DNA of 60,959 nucleotides, the filler included. It is 4 parts of 4 records of this genome, joined end to end, with 100 filler letters (N's around TTAATTAATTAA, not from the genome) between each part and the next. Parts side by side here need not be neighbours in the genome. Positions count along the whole stretch, not along the records: positions 25,602 to 41,606 come from SRR22947725_426; 3 more parts are not named here. The stretch is one strand, 5' to 3'. Positions within the stretch are counted from its first letter, which is position 1; each line of letters starts with the position of its first letter. The notes beneath the pieces are model-generated. The model ran no database searches and was not told the origin of the DNA. It worked only from the letters and a program-made list of their open reading frames with translations. This document shows positions 27,991-39,350 of the stretch, piece after piece. A program made the translations under genes and the position numbers.

Positions 27991-29277
27991 TTGTTAAGAA
28001 TGTTAGATCTAATTAATAAACACATTGATAATGATTTGTCTTTTTTACATGGCAAAAAATTATTGGTTTGTGTTAGTGGAGGTATTGACAGCGTGGTTCT
28101 TTTGCACCTTTTAAATAAAATGAATTATAAAATTGGAGTTGCACATTGTAATTTTAAATTGAGGCATAAAGAAAGTGATGATGATAGTTTTTTTGTTGAA
28201 AATTTATGCAATAAAATATCTGTCCCGTTTTATATAAAAGATTTTAATATTAATATACCTAAGCATTCAGTCCAAATGGCTGCTAGAAAATTAAGGTATG
28301 ATTGGTTTTATGAATTACTTGAGTTATATAAATATGATTTTATATTAACTGCTCATCATTTAAATGATTCTATAGAAACATTTTTTATTAATTTAACTAG
28401 ATCTACTGGAATTGATGGTCTTACTGGTATAAATTCAATTAATAATAAAGTAGTTCGACCTTTACTGCCCTTTAATAAATCTCAAATAATTGATTATGCT
28501 AATGATAATAATATTAAATGGAGAGAAGATTCTTCTAACTTAAAAAACGATTATTTGAGAAATAAAATTCGTAATAAGTTAGTTCCAGTCTTTATTGATA
28601 TTGATTCTAATTTTACAAGTAACTTTTCTAAAACCTTAGTTCGTCTAAATGAATCTAATTTAATCTTAAAAGAACATACAGAAAATTTTAAGTCCATTAA
28701 TTTTAAAACTAAAAATGATGAAATTTTAATCTTAAAAACAGCACTTAAAGATTTGTCAAGTGTAATGATTTTTAATTTGTTTACTGATTATGGATTTAAA
28801 AACACAGATCAAATTGTTAGTTTATGTAAAGCTGAAACTGGAAAAATTATTACTTCTAAACTATATTCTATTTTAAGCAATAGGACACATCTAATAATTA
28901 AAAAAAATACTAAAAATATTAAAATAGATTATTTTTATAATAACCAAAATGATTTCTTGTTACCAGAAAATATCCTAGTAGAAGAAGGTAATTACGTTAA
29001 TGACAAAAAATCTTTATACTTAATTAAAGATCAAATTAATTTTCCTTTAATAATCAGAAAATGTCAACCCGGTGATTTGATTTATCCAACAGGGATGAAT
29101 GGAAAAAAATTAGTGTCTAAATTATTAAAAGACAATAAGCTGTCTAAATTTGAAAAAGATAAACAATATGTGCTAACTGATCAAGATCATATTTTATGGG
29201 TGATTGGCATAAGATTTGATAAAAGAAAGTATAGTGACACTGATTCTAATTTAAAAATATCATTCTTTGAAAAATAA
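27991..29277 (+). CDS. tilS: tRNA(Ile)-lysidine synthetase; start may be the ATG at 28000
   Basis: SGGIDS PP-loop, AAR..RY, TAHH.ND..ET, RPLL, RNKIR. Confidence 0.92.
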   Translation: MLRMLDLINKHIDNDLSFLHGKKLLVCVSGGIDSVVLLHLLNKMNYKIGVAHCNFKLRHKESDDDSFFVENLCNKISVPFYIKDFNINIPKHSVQMAARKLRYDWFYELLELYKYDFILTAHHLNDSIETFFINLTRSTGIDGLTGINSINNKVVRPLLPFNKSQIIDYANDNNIKWREDSSNLKNDYLRNKIRNKLVPVFIDIDSNFTSNFSKTLVRLNESNLILKEHTENFKSINFKTKNDEILILKTALKDLSSVMIFNLFTDYGFKNTDQIVSLCKAETGKIITSKLYSILSNRTHLIIKKNTKNIKIDYFYNNQNDFLLPENILVEEGNYVNDKKSLYLIKDQINFPLIIRKCQPGDLIYPTGMNGKKLVSKLLKDNKLSKFEKDKQYVLTDQDHILWVIGIRFDKRKYSDTDSNLKISFFEK

Positions 29278-31219
29278 TTTTTTAGTAATATTATTTTTAA
29301 CTCTAAGTTTTCTTGGTTATTCTCAGGATCCAATAACTTTTGAGACTAAGGTAAAAAAGATTTCTGAAAACACTTTTGAACTAGTTACTACAGCTAACAT
29401 TCAGAACAAGTGGAGGTTATATTCACAGAACTTATTATCTGGGGGAGCGATTCCAACAGAGTTTATTTTTGATAATAAATCACAATCCATTAAATTAATT
29501 GGAGATGTTAGTGAGTCTCAATCAATAACAAAATTTGATCCTATTTTTCAGATTGAACAATCTTATTTTGAAAATCAATCAACTTTCACACAATTAATTG
29601 AGACTAATAAAATTATTGATAATATATCTGCTGTAATTGCATATCAGGCTTGTGACGACGTTGTGTGTATTTTTAGAGAAGCAAATCTTATTTTTAATTT
29701 TGACGGATCAACATTAGCTATTGAAAATGTAGATTTAACATCCGATATCTATGAAAACAACAATGCATTAGCAATTGATTTAAAAAACACGGAATTATTA
29801 TCTACAATTAACGATAGTTCAGCTTTGACTTCTAATTCTTATTTAAATCTATTTATACTTGGATTCATTGGTGGTTTATTAGCTCTGCTAACTCCATGTG
29901 TATTTCCTATGATCCCATTAACAGTCTCATTTTTTACTAATAATAAGTCTAAAAATAATTCCAAGTTTAATGCAATTACATATGGTCTTTTTATAATTGG
30001 TATTTATTTATCTTTAAGTATACCTTTTCATTTTCTTGATTCAATCAATCCAGAAATATTGAATAGTATATCAACAAATGCAGGGTTAAATATTTTCTTT
30101 TTCATAGTTTTTGTTCTATTTGCATTTTCATTTTTTGGTTTTTATGAAATAACAATTCCTTCCAAATGGGTTAATTCAATTGATTCTAAATCTAATTCAA
30201 TTGGTGGTTATATAGGAATATTTTTCATGGCATTGACTTTGGTTTTAGTGTCATTTTCTTGTACAGGACCAATACTAGGTTCTCTACTAGTTGGATCAAT
30301 TTCATCTCAAGGTGGTGCTATTCAGCTCACAATAGGCATGTTAGGCTTTGGAGTTGCTTTAGCATTGCCATTTACAATTTTTGCTTTGTTTCCAAACTTA
30401 CTTAGCACACTTCCTAAATCTGGTAGATGGATGAATACTTTTAAAGTAATTTTAGGTTTTTTAGAGTTAGGTTTTGCATTTAAATTTTTATCAAATGCTG
30501 ATTTAGTTGAACATTGGGGAATACTTAAAAGAGAAGTTTTTATTGGAATATGGGTATTGATTTCTTTTGCTTTATCCATGTATTTGTTAGGTTTATACAA
30601 ATTCCCTCACGAGAATAAAAGTGTTATTACTTCAAAATTTAATCTTATTCTTGGTTTTTTTGTTCTTGGGTTTTCCGTTTATCTATTTCCAGCTTTGTTA
30701 CAAAACGGTTCTGATAAGGCTAGAATTTTAAGTGGTTTTACTCCTCCTGCATTTTATTCTATTTACAGTAAGTCAAATGATTGTCCTTTGGGCTTTACAT
30801 GCTTTAAAGACTTTGATTCAGGTCTTAGTTACGCTAAATCTCAAAACAAACCAATATTATTAGATTTTACAGGATGGGCATGTGTAAATTGTAGGAGGAT
30901 TGAAGAAAACGTTTGGACTGATCCTGAAGTTTATAGTTTGATTGATGATAATTTTGTTTTAATATCTCTGTATGTAGACGATAGAAAGGAGTTAGATGTT
31001 AAAGATTTCATCACATTAAAATACAAGTCTGGTAAAGAAAAAATTATTAAAACAGTAGGAGAGAAGGGAGCTACTTTTCAAGCAATTAACTTCAAAAGTG
31101 CTTCGCAACCGTATTATGTACTCTTAGATAATAATTTAAGAATACTTAATAAACCTATACAGTACACTTCTAAAGATAAATACTTGAATTGGTTAAAAGA
31201 GGGTTTAAGTAATTTATAG
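29267..31219 (+). CDS. dsbD: thiol:disulfide interchange protein DsbD (Bacteroidetes type)
   Basis: N-domain YQACDDVVC, membrane LTPCVFPMIP and SFSCTGP, thioredoxin domain GWACVNCR. Confidence 0.9.
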   Translation: MKNNFLVILFLTLSFLGYSQDPITFETKVKKISENTFELVTTANIQNKWRLYSQNLLSGGAIPTEFIFDNKSQSIKLIGDVSESQSITKFDPIFQIEQSYFENQSTFTQLIETNKIIDNISAVIAYQACDDVVCIFREANLIFNFDGSTLAIENVDLTSDIYENNNALAIDLKNTELLSTINDSSALTSNSYLNLFILGFIGGLLALLTPCVFPMIPLTVSFFTNNKSKNNSKFNAITYGLFIIGIYLSLSIPFHFLDSINPEILNSISTNAGLNIFFFIVFVLFAFSFFGFYEITIPSKWVNSIDSKSNSIGGYIGIFFMALTLVLVSFSCTGPILGSLLVGSISSQGGAIQLTIGMLGFGVALALPFTIFALFPNLLSTLPKSGRWMNTFKVILGFLELGFAFKFLSNADLVEHWGILKREVFIGIWVLISFALSMYLLGLYKFPHENKSVITSKFNLILGFFVLGFSVYLFPALLQNGSDKARILSGFTPPAFYSIYSKSNDCPLGFTCFKDFDSGLSYAKSQNKPILLDFTGWACVNCRRIEENVWTDPEVYSLIDDNFVLISLYVDDRKELDVKDFITLKYKSGKEKIIKTVGEKGATFQAINFKSASQPYYVLLDNNLRILNKPIQYTSKDKYLNWLKEGLSNL

Positions 31220-31684
31220 TGTTTTTCCTTTATGATATATCAATGGATTTAACATAGATTTATTTATTTCACCACTCAAATATTTACCAATATATATGTA
31301 ATGGTCTCCAGAACTTATTATATCTGATATTTTACATTCAAGGAAAGAACAAGAATTTGATATTATTTTTATATTATTTTTGGATTCAGTTGTTTCAACT
31401 CCTTTAAACCTTTCTTTTTGACTTAATTTGTTATTAGCAAACTGATAACAAATATCTTTTTGAAGATTACTTAAGATACTTACATTAAAAAAACTATTTT
31501 TTTTCAGAGCAATGTTTGATTTAGCTTCTTTGTTTAAACAAAATAAAACTAATAGTGGATCAATAGAAACAGAAGTAAATGAATTAGCTGTAAATCCATA
31601 ATCTATATTATTGTCTTTAGAGGTTATTATAGTAACTCCTGTAGCATAAGTACTACAAATTTCTTTAAAAAGAGATGTGTTCAT
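31214..31684 (-). CDS. flavin reductase family protein
   Basis: ATGVTIIT, TANSFTSVSIDP, GDH. Confidence 0.88.
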   Translation of the reverse strand: MNTSLFKEICSTYATGVTIITSKDNNIDYGFTANSFTSVSIDPLLVLFCLNKEAKSNIALKKNSFFNVSILSNLQKDICYQFANNKLSQKERFKGVETTESKNNIKIISNSCSFLECKISDIISSGDHYIYIGKYLSGEINKSMLNPLIYHKGKTL

Positions 31685-31696
31685 TAATAAAATTTG

Positions 31697-32422
31697 TCAA
31701 ATATAACGATATACATCATTAAAAGGAACTCTTAATTGATCTCCATAAATCCCTTCCTTAGTTCTAATTCCACATCCAATAACCATATTTATTTCAGATT
31801 TGTATGGAAGATTTAATATGTTTTTTACCATTAAAGTATCTGATCCCTCCATAGGACAAGTATCATAACCAATTGCTGACATACTTAACATAAAGTTTTG
31901 AGCTGCTAATCCAGCGCTTTTGTGAGCAACAATTCTTGTATCTGAACTTGTAACCTGTCTCATGGTTGGTCTGAACAATCCAATAGTTTGAAATATTATA
32001 CTTTTAATTAATCCGATAATACCAAAAAAATCTGTGTATAATGTTGGAATAATTTTTTTATAATAAGCATGCGCTTGTTTTAATCTTTTTTTAGAAATTT
32101 CATTATTTTTTGATTGCGTTGTAATAACATCAACATTCCATTGAGCTCTTTCTTTCCAAAGATCTTTTCTTACAACAATAACAACTAATTGATTAGCCGT
32201 TTTAGCAGCATTTTGATTAAAGCAAGCTTTTGATAATTTCTTTAGAATTTTTTTATCGCTAACATGAATAAATTCCCATAATTGAAGGTTACTACTGTTG
32301 GGGGCTAAGCTTGCATTAAATAAGCATTTTTTAACTTTCTCAGGGTCGATGTCATCATTATTAAAAAGTCTTACAGACCTACGATATTTTATAGCGTCAG
32401 AAACCGATTTTTCATTCTTCAT
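31697..32422 (-). CDS. nitroreductase family protein
   Basis: RRSVR, APNSSNLQLWEF, GYDTCPMEG. Confidence 0.88.
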   Translation of the reverse strand: MKNEKSVSDAIKYRRSVRLFNNDDIDPEKVKKCLFNASLAPNSSNLQLWEFIHVSDKKILKKLSKACFNQNAAKTANQLVVIVVRKDLWKERAQWNVDVITTQSKNNEISKKRLKQAHAYYKKIIPTLYTDFFGIIGLIKSIIFQTIGLFRPTMRQVTSSDTRIVAHKSAGLAAQNFMLSMSAIGYDTCPMEGSDTLMVKNILNLPYKSEINMVIGCGIRTKEGIYGDQLRVPFNDVYRYI

Positions 32423-32423
32423 T

Positions 32424-33806
32424 TTATGAAATTAAATTTAATATTTTTTTTAAGAAACTTATCTTATTTTTAAAAGGAGGATATCTCAATGGAGGATCTA
32501 TCCATAGAGGCTTAGAAATGTATGGCTTGAAATGAGAAAATGTATCAAATGTTGATTCTCCATGGTATTTCCCCATACCACTTTGTCCAACTCCTCCAAA
32601 AGGCAGTCTATCATTTGCTATATGCATAACAGTATCATTAATAGCACCACCTCCAAATGGGTGAGATTCTAAAAATTTTTTTCCAAATTCACTTCTGTTA
32701 GTAAAAATATATAATGCTAAAGGATGTGAATATTTATTTACTAATTCATCAACCTCTTTAAAATCACTATATTCAATAATAGGTAATATTGGTCCAAATA
32801 TTTCATCTTCCATTATTTTAGAATCTAAATTTTCAACTTCTACTATTGTTGGTTCAAAAAACTTACTATTCATATCAAATTTACCACCATGCAATATTTT
32901 TTCGTTCTTGAGCAATGAATTAAGATATTTCATGTGTTTATCACTAATAATTCTCCCATATTCTTCACATTTTATAACATCATCACTATAGGTTTTAATA
33001 ATTTGGGCAATTAATTCTTTAATTAAATCGTTTTTTATTTTTTTATTTACAATTAAAAAATCAGGAGCTATACATGTTTGACCACAGTTTGTAAATTTTC
33101 CCCACACTATTCGTTTTGCTGTGACCTTAATTGAAGCAGTTTCGTCAACTATACAAGGGTTTTTTCCGCCAAGTTCAAGAGTTGTAGGTGTTAAGTTTGT
33201 AGCAGCAGCTTTTGCTATAATTTTTCCAACGCTAACACTTCCTGTGAAAAAGATATAATCCCATTTAAATTTTAATAATTTAGTTGATATATCAGGACCA
33301 CCGAGAACAACATCTACGTGACCTTTATCAAAAACTGAACTTAAAATTTTATTTAATATTTGACTTGTTTGTTCAGAGTATTCAGATGGTTTTAAAAGAA
33401 CCGTATTTCCAGCTGCTATTGCTCCGATTAGTGGAGCAATTGATAATTGAAAAGGGTAGTTCCAAGGTGAAATATGGAGTGTGTTTCCATAGGGTTCAGC
33501 AATTATGTAATCAGATGATGGAAAATTTAGTAGGGTAGATTTAACAGCTTTTCTTTTGGTCCATTTTTTTAAATTTCTAAGAGCAATTTTAATTTCGGAA
33601 TAAACAAAATGTATCTCAGTTAAATAACTTTCTCCTTTTGATTTACCTAAGTCATTAAATAAAGCTAATTCTATTTCTTTTTCGCTAGATTTAATCTCAT
33701 TTAAAAGATCTTTTAATTTTTGAATTCTAAAGTCGACATTATATGTTTTTTTTGATTTAAAATAGTTTTTTTGATTGTCAATTGTTGATTTTAATGATTT
33801 ATCCAT
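32424..33806 (-). CDS. aldehyde dehydrogenase (ALDH3-like)
   Basis: PWNYP, KPSE, FTGS, LELGGKNP, GQTCIAPD, EIFGP. Confidence 0.9.
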   Translation of the reverse strand: MDKSLKSTIDNQKNYFKSKKTYNVDFRIQKLKDLLNEIKSSEKEIELALFNDLGKSKGESYLTEIHFVYSEIKIALRNLKKWTKRKAVKSTLLNFPSSDYIIAEPYGNTLHISPWNYPFQLSIAPLIGAIAAGNTVLLKPSEYSEQTSQILNKILSSVFDKGHVDVVLGGPDISTKLLKFKWDYIFFTGSVSVGKIIAKAAATNLTPTTLELGGKNPCIVDETASIKVTAKRIVWGKFTNCGQTCIAPDFLIVNKKIKNDLIKELIAQIIKTYSDDVIKCEEYGRIISDKHMKYLNSLLKNEKILHGGKFDMNSKFFEPTIVEVENLDSKIMEDEIFGPILPIIEYSDFKEVDELVNKYSHPLALYIFTNRSEFGKKFLESHPFGGGAINDTVMHIANDRLPFGGVGQSGMGKYHGESTFDTFSHFKPYISKPLWIDPPLRYPPFKNKISFLKKILNLIS

Positions 33807-33920
33807 AAAAAAAGGGTTTTTTAGAATAATTAAATTATGATTTTGATAAAAATATGAATTAAAATAATGATGAGGTAAATTAATTGATTTTTTGTTTACT
33901 TTTATACAGTATTAATTTTT

Positions 33921-33953
33921 ACTCCTTCTCTTTAGATAAGGGGTTTTTTTTTT
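33921..33953 (+). terminator. intrinsic-terminator-like hairpin in the ilvD leader (candidate attenuator)
   Basis: ACTCCTT...AAGGGGT stem followed by a run of about 10 T, ending 4 nt before the ilvD ATG; the upstream gene is divergent. Confidence 0.55.
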
Positions 33954-33957
33954 AGAA

Positions 33958-35631
33958 ATGAGTTTAAATAAATATAGTAAAGCCGTCACCCAAGATCCTA
34001 CTCAGCCAGCCGCTAAAGCAATGCTTCATGCAATTGGATTAACTACTAAGGATTTATCTAAGCCGTTTGTTGGTATTGCTAGTACTGGTTATGAGGGTAA
34101 TCCTTGTAATATGCATTTAAATGATCTTTCTAAGAATATTAAAGATGGTATTAATAAAAATGAATTAATTGGATTAATATTTAATACAATTGGAGTTAGT
34201 GATGGTATTTCAATGGGAACTCAAGGCATGAGATATTCACTTCCTTCTCGTGATATTATCGCTGATTCAATTGAGACTGTTGTACAAGCAATGGCTTATG
34301 ATTCTTTAATTACTGTTGTTGGTTGTGATAAAAATATGCCTGGTGCATTAATTTCAATGCTAAGACTCAATCGACCATCAATTTTAGTTTATGGTGGAAC
34401 AATTGCTCCTGGGTGTCATAAAGGAAAGAAACTTGATGTTGTTTCAGCATTTGAAGCTTGGGGTGAAAAAGTTTCTGGAAAAATTGATGAAAATGAATTT
34501 AGTAATATTATAAAAAATGCCTGTCCAGGTGCTGGTGCCTGCGGTGGAATGTATACTGCAAACACCATGTCGTCTGCAATAGAGGCAATGGGTATGTCAC
34601 TTCCGTATAATTCATCAAATCCTGCAACTAGTTCTCAAAAAACTAAAGAATGCGATTTAGTTGGAAAAGCAATTTTTAATTTAATTAATCTTGATTTAAA
34701 ACCTTTAGACATAGTTACTAAAGAATCTATTAAAAACGCTGTAAGATTAATAACAGTTTTAGGAGGATCAACAAATGCTGTTCTTCACATGCTTGCCATT
34801 GCTAAAAGTGCTAATATTAATTTTACAATTGACGATTTTCAAAAAATTTCAGAAAAGACTCCTTTTTTAGCAGATTTAAAGCCTAGCGGAAAATTTCTTA
34901 TGGAAGACCTTCATGATGTTGGTGGAGTTCCAGCTGTAATGAAATATATGTTAGAAAATAATTTGTTAAATGGAGACTGCATGACAGTTACTGGAAAAAC
35001 AATAAAAGAAAATTTAGAAGATGTAAAATCATTAGATTTTAATCAAAATGTAATAAAACCAATCTCAGAACCTATTAAAGATTCTGGACATATTAGAATC
35101 TTATACGGAAATATAGCTACAAAAGGGTCAGTTGCAAAAATTACTGGAAAAGAAGGTCTAAAATTTTCAGGAAAAGCTATTGTTTTTGATTCTGAACAGG
35201 AAGCTAATGATGGTATAAAAAATGGATTAGTTAAAAAAGGTAATGTAGTTGTTATACGTTATGTAGGTCCAAAGGGTGGGCCAGGAATGCCCGAAATGTT
35301 AAAACCTACATCGGCAATAATGGGTTGTGGATTAGGAAAGGAAGTAGCATTAATAACAGATGGTAGATTTTCAGGTGGTACTCATGGTTTTGTCGTTGGT
35401 CATATTTGTCCTGAAGCTCAAGACGGAGGTAACATAGCACTTATAAAAAATAACGATAACATAATCATTGATGCGATTACTAATTCAATATCTTTAGATA
35501 TTTTAGAAGAAGAATTGACAAAAAGAAAAAATAATTGGATTAAACCAGAACTTAAGTTTAAAAACGGAATATTATATAAATATTGCAAAAATGTTTCAAA
35601 TGCATCTAAAGGATGTGTTACAGATAATTAA
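33958..35631 (+). CDS. ilvD: dihydroxy-acid dehydratase
   Basis: [41 protein letters not shown]. Confidence 0.95.
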   Translation: MSLNKYSKAVTQDPTQPAAKAMLHAIGLTTKDLSKPFVGIASTGYEGNPCNMHLNDLSKNIKDGINKNELIGLIFNTIGVSDGISMGTQGMRYSLPSRDIIADSIETVVQAMAYDSLITVVGCDKNMPGALISMLRLNRPSILVYGGTIAPGCHKGKKLDVVSAFEAWGEKVSGKIDENEFSNIIKNACPGAGACGGMYTANTMSSAIEAMGMSLPYNSSNPATSSQKTKECDLVGKAIFNLINLDLKPLDIVTKESIKNAVRLITVLGGSTNAVLHMLAIAKSANINFTIDDFQKISEKTPFLADLKPSGKFLMEDLHDVGGVPAVMKYMLENNLLNGDCMTVTGKTIKENLEDVKSLDFNQNVIKPISEPIKDSGHIRILYGNIATKGSVAKITGKEGLKFSGKAIVFDSEQEANDGIKNGLVKKGNVVVIRYVGPKGGPGMPEMLKPTSAIMGCGLGKEVALITDGRFSGGTHGFVVGHICPEAQDGGNIALIKNNDNIIIDAITNSISLDILEEELTKRKNNWIKPELKFKNGILYKYCKNVSNASKGCVTDN

Positions 35632-37328
35632 TGAGTAATAATAAGAAAATATCAGGTGCAGAGGCAGTTATAAGGACATTAATTGAAGAAGGTGTAGATT
35701 TAATATACGGTTATCCTGGAGGTGCAATTATGCCTATATATGATGAGTTGTATAAGTTTCAAGATAAATTAAATCACGTTTTAACTAGACATGAACAAGG
35801 TGCTACTCATGCTGCTCAAGGCTTTTCAAGAGTTTCAGGAAAAGTAGGAGTAGTCATGGCTACATCCGGCCCTGGGGCTACTAATTTAGTTACAGGAATT
35901 GCAGATGCTCAAATAGATTCAACTCCAATGGTTTGCATAACTGGTCAAGTCGCATCACATTTACTTGGTTCTGATGCTTTTCAAGAAACTGATATAATTG
36001 GCATATCAACGCCTGTTACAAAATGGAATTGTCAAATAACTCAAGCTAAAGATATTCCAGAGATTTTGGCTAAAGCATTTTATATTGCTAGGACAGGAAG
36101 GCCGGGTCCTGTTTTAATAGATATTACAAAAGATGCTCAATTTGAATTAATGAGTTTTCAGTATAATAAATGTTTTTCTGTAAGAAGTTACAAACCAGTT
36201 CCCGATTATTCAACTGATCAAATCAAAAAAGCTAGTCATTTAATTAATGAATCAAAAAAACCATTTATTGTTTTTGGACAAGGTGTTATTTTGGGTGAAG
36301 CTGAAAATGAATTTAAGGAATTTATAGAGAAAACAGGAATACCTTCAGCTTGGACCATCTTAGGGTTGTCTGCCTTACCTACTGAACATTATTTAAATGT
36401 AGGAATGGTTGGAATGCACGGAAATTATGGTCCCAACGTTTTAACTAACGAATGTGATTTGCTAATAGCTATAGGAATGCGTTTTGATGATCGTGTAACG
36501 GGTAATTTAGAGACTTACGCTAAGCAAGCTAAGATTATTCATATGGAAATTGACCCTGCAGAAATAAATAAGAATGTTGAGTGTGATATTTCAGTCTTAG
36601 GAAACATTAAAGAAACTATTCCTTTATTAACGTCAATGGTTAATAAAAATTCTCATAAAAGTTGGTTAGATAAATTTTCATTTCATTATGAAATTGAATT
36701 TAAAAAAGTTATTAATAAAGAAATTAATCCAACAAAGAACGGATTAACAATGGCTGAAGTTATTAAAGAAATTAATAATTCGACGAATGGAGATGCAATT
36801 ATTGTAACAGATGTTGGACAGCATCAAATGGTTACTTGTAGGTATGCTAAATTTAATAAATCTAAATCTAATGTTACCTCTGGCGGATTAGGAACCATGG
36901 GTTTTGCACTTCCTGCGGCTCTTGGTGCTAAAATGGGAGCACCTGATAGAGAAGTTGTCGCTGTTATAGGTGACGGAGGATATCAAATGACAATTCAAGA
37001 ATTAGGCACAATTTTTCAAACTGGTAGTGCGGTTAAAATTGTTGTTTTAAATAACAATTTTTTAGGAATGGTCAGACAATGGCAACAAATGTTTTTTGAA
37101 AAAAGGTATGCCTCTACAGAACTTGTAAATCCTGATTTTGTAACTATAGCTAAAGGATATTATTTGGAAGCTGAAAAGGTGAGTGAAAGGAAAAATTTGA
37201 AAGAAGCAGTGAATAGAATGATAAAATCTAAAAAACCTTATTTTTTAGAAGTTTCTGTTGAAAAAGAGGATAACGTATTTCCAATGATTCCGACAGGTGC
37301 TTCAGTTTCAGATATTAGATTAGAATAA
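35631..37328 (+). CDS. ilvB: acetolactate synthase large subunit
   Basis: GYPGGA, RHEQGA, TSGPGATN, RFDDRVTG, GDGG..M, GMVRQWQ. Confidence 0.95.
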   Translation: MSNNKKISGAEAVIRTLIEEGVDLIYGYPGGAIMPIYDELYKFQDKLNHVLTRHEQGATHAAQGFSRVSGKVGVVMATSGPGATNLVTGIADAQIDSTPMVCITGQVASHLLGSDAFQETDIIGISTPVTKWNCQITQAKDIPEILAKAFYIARTGRPGPVLIDITKDAQFELMSFQYNKCFSVRSYKPVPDYSTDQIKKASHLINESKKPFIVFGQGVILGEAENEFKEFIEKTGIPSAWTILGLSALPTEHYLNVGMVGMHGNYGPNVLTNECDLLIAIGMRFDDRVTGNLETYAKQAKIIHMEIDPAEINKNVECDISVLGNIKETIPLLTSMVNKNSHKSWLDKFSFHYEIEFKKVINKEINPTKNGLTMAEVIKEINNSTNGDAIIVTDVGQHQMVTCRYAKFNKSKSNVTSGGLGTMGFALPAALGAKMGAPDREVVAVIGDGGYQMTIQELGTIFQTGSAVKIVVLNNNFLGMVRQWQQMFFEKRYASTELVNPDFVTIAKGYYLEAEKVSERKNLKEAVNRMIKSKKPYFLEVSVEKEDNVFPMIPTGASVSDIRLE

Positions 37329-37329
37329 C

Positions 37330-37863
37330 ATGAAAGATTTAAAAAATACATACACTGTATCAATTTACACTGAAAATAACATAGGTTTATTAAACAGAAT
37401 TTCTGCAATATTTTTAAAACGTCATATAAATATTGAAAGTCTGACAACATCGCCTTCAGAAATTGATAATATATTCAGATTTGTTATTGTAGTTAAATCA
37501 ACTGAATTTTCAATAAAAAGGATTATTAAACAGATAGAAAAACAAATTGAAGTAATAGCTTCTTTTTATCATACTGATGATCAAACTATATTTCTAGAAA
37601 CAGCTCTTTATAAAGTTAAGTCAAAATCACTTTTTGATGAAAAACATATTCAAAAGATTATTAAAAATAGTCAGGCTAACATTGTAACAGTTTCACCAAG
37701 TTATTTTGTTATAGAAAAAACTGGATGGAGAGATGACACAGAGAAATTGTATAAAGAATTGGAACCTTACGGGTTATTACAATTTGTAAGATCAGGAAGA
37801 ATTTCGGTTTCTAAAGAACCAATGAATATTTCCAATTTACTTGGATTAAATACAGATAAATAA
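37330..37863 (+). CDS. ilvN: acetolactate synthase regulatory subunit
   Basis: ACT domain ENNIGLLNRI, NIESL, VRSGR; operon position. Confidence 0.9.
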   Translation: MKDLKNTYTVSIYTENNIGLLNRISAIFLKRHINIESLTTSPSEIDNIFRFVIVVKSTEFSIKRIIKQIEKQIEVIASFYHTDDQTIFLETALYKVKSKSLFDEKHIQKIIKNSQANIVTVSPSYFVIEKTGWRDDTEKLYKELEPYGLLQFVRSGRISVSKEPMNISNLLGLNTDK

Positions 37864-37866
37864 ATT

Positions 37867-39336
37867 ATGAAAAATTATTTTAATAAATTACCGTTAAGTC
37901 AAAAAATTGATCAATTAGGTAAATGTAGATTCATGGACTCCTCTGAGTTTTCAGATGGAGTTTCAGTATTACTTGGTAAAAAAATTGTTATTATAGGTTG
38001 TGGTGCACAGGGCTTGAATCAAGGCCTTAACATGAGGGATTCTGGTCTTGATATCTCTTATGCATTAAGAAAGGAAGCAATTTCACAGAAAAGAGATTCT
38101 TATATAAATGCAACATCAAATGATTTTGTAGTAGGAACTTTTGAGGAACTGATTCCAAGTTCAGATATGGTTTTAAACTTAACACCTGATAAAAATCACA
38201 CCAGTGTAGTAACCAATTTGATGCCTTTAATGAAAAAAAATTCAGTGCTGTCTTATTCACATGGTTTTAATGTAGTTGAAGAGGGAATGGAGATTAGAAA
38301 TGACATAACAGTAATTATGGTTGCTCCTAAATGTCCTGGAAGTGAAGTAAGAGAAGAGTATAAAAGAGGTTTTGGTGTTCCAACACTTATAGCAGTTCAT
38401 CCTGAAAATGATCCATTAAATATTGGTATGGATGTTGCAAAAGCTTATGCAGTTGCTACTGGCGGCAATAGAGCAGGTGTTTTGGAGTCGTCATTTGTCG
38501 CCGAAGTTAAATCAGATTTAATGGGTGAACAGACAATTTTATGTGGAGTATTACAAACAGGTTCAATACTTTCGTTTAATAATATGGTACAAAACGGAAT
38601 TGATCCAGCATATGCCTCGAAATTAATTCAATACGGTTGGGAAACTATTACTGAAGCATTAAAACACGGTGGTATCACAAACATGATGGATCGATTAAAT
38701 AATTCGGCTAAAATTGAAGCTTTTAATCTTTCAGAAGATTTAAAAGACATAATGAGACCATTATTTAACAAACATATGGATGATATTATGTCGGGACATT
38801 TTTCCTCAACTATGATGGAAGACTGGAATAATGACGATATTAACCTGTTGAGTTGGAGAGCTGAAACTGAAAAAACTGCATTTGAAAAAACTTCACCCTG
38901 CAAAGATGAGATTTCCGAACAAGAATTTTTTGATAATGGATTACTAATGGTAGCTTTTATAAGGTCAGGTGTTGAATTAGCATTTGAAACAATGACAAAC
39001 TCGGGTATTATTGATGAATCTGCCTACTATGAATCTCTCCACGAAACTCCTTTAATAGCTAATTTAATAGCTAAGAAAAAATTATTTGAAATGAACAGGA
39101 TTATTTCTGACACAGCTGAATATGGCTGTTATTTATTTGATCATGCATGCAAACCGTTATTGAAAGATTTTTTTAAAACAATTGAATCAAAACACATCGG
39201 CAAACCTTTTCTTCATTCAAAACAGATTGATAATACAGAATTAATTAAAGTGAACGAAATTATAAGATCTCATCCTGTTGAATTAATAGGAAAGAAGCTA
39301 AGAACATCAATGACTTCAATGAAAACAATTGTTTAA
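37867..39336 (+). CDS. ilvC: ketol-acid reductoisomerase (long class II form)
   Basis: [30 protein letters not shown]. Confidence 0.95.
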   Translation: MKNYFNKLPLSQKIDQLGKCRFMDSSEFSDGVSVLLGKKIVIIGCGAQGLNQGLNMRDSGLDISYALRKEAISQKRDSYINATSNDFVVGTFEELIPSSDMVLNLTPDKNHTSVVTNLMPLMKKNSVLSYSHGFNVVEEGMEIRNDITVIMVAPKCPGSEVREEYKRGFGVPTLIAVHPENDPLNIGMDVAKAYAVATGGNRAGVLESSFVAEVKSDLMGEQTILCGVLQTGSILSFNNMVQNGIDPAYASKLIQYGWETITEALKHGGITNMMDRLNNSAKIEAFNLSEDLKDIMRPLFNKHMDDIMSGHFSSTMMEDWNNDDINLLSWRAETEKTAFEKTSPCKDEISEQEFFDNGLLMVAFIRSGVELAFETMTNSGIIDESAYYESLHETPLIANLIAKKKLFEMNRIISDTAEYGCYLFDHACKPLLKDFFKTIESKHIGKPFLHSKQIDNTELIKVNEIIRSHPVELIGKKLRTSMTSMKTIV

Positions 39337-39350
39337 TTAAAATTAAGACT

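Noticed and set aside
31064-31081. Exact 18-bp match AAGGGAGCTACTTTTCAA shared by dsbD (31064-31081) and gapN (39783-39800), both encoding KGATFQ
   Set aside because: Only two copies, both inside intact unrelated genes, with no sign of a mobile element; a match of this length is plausible by chance in 61 kb of AT-rich DNA. A read check would exclude a local assembly error
37867-39336. Long 489-aa IlvC
   Set aside because: The class II long form is normal for Bacteroidetes and enterobacteria
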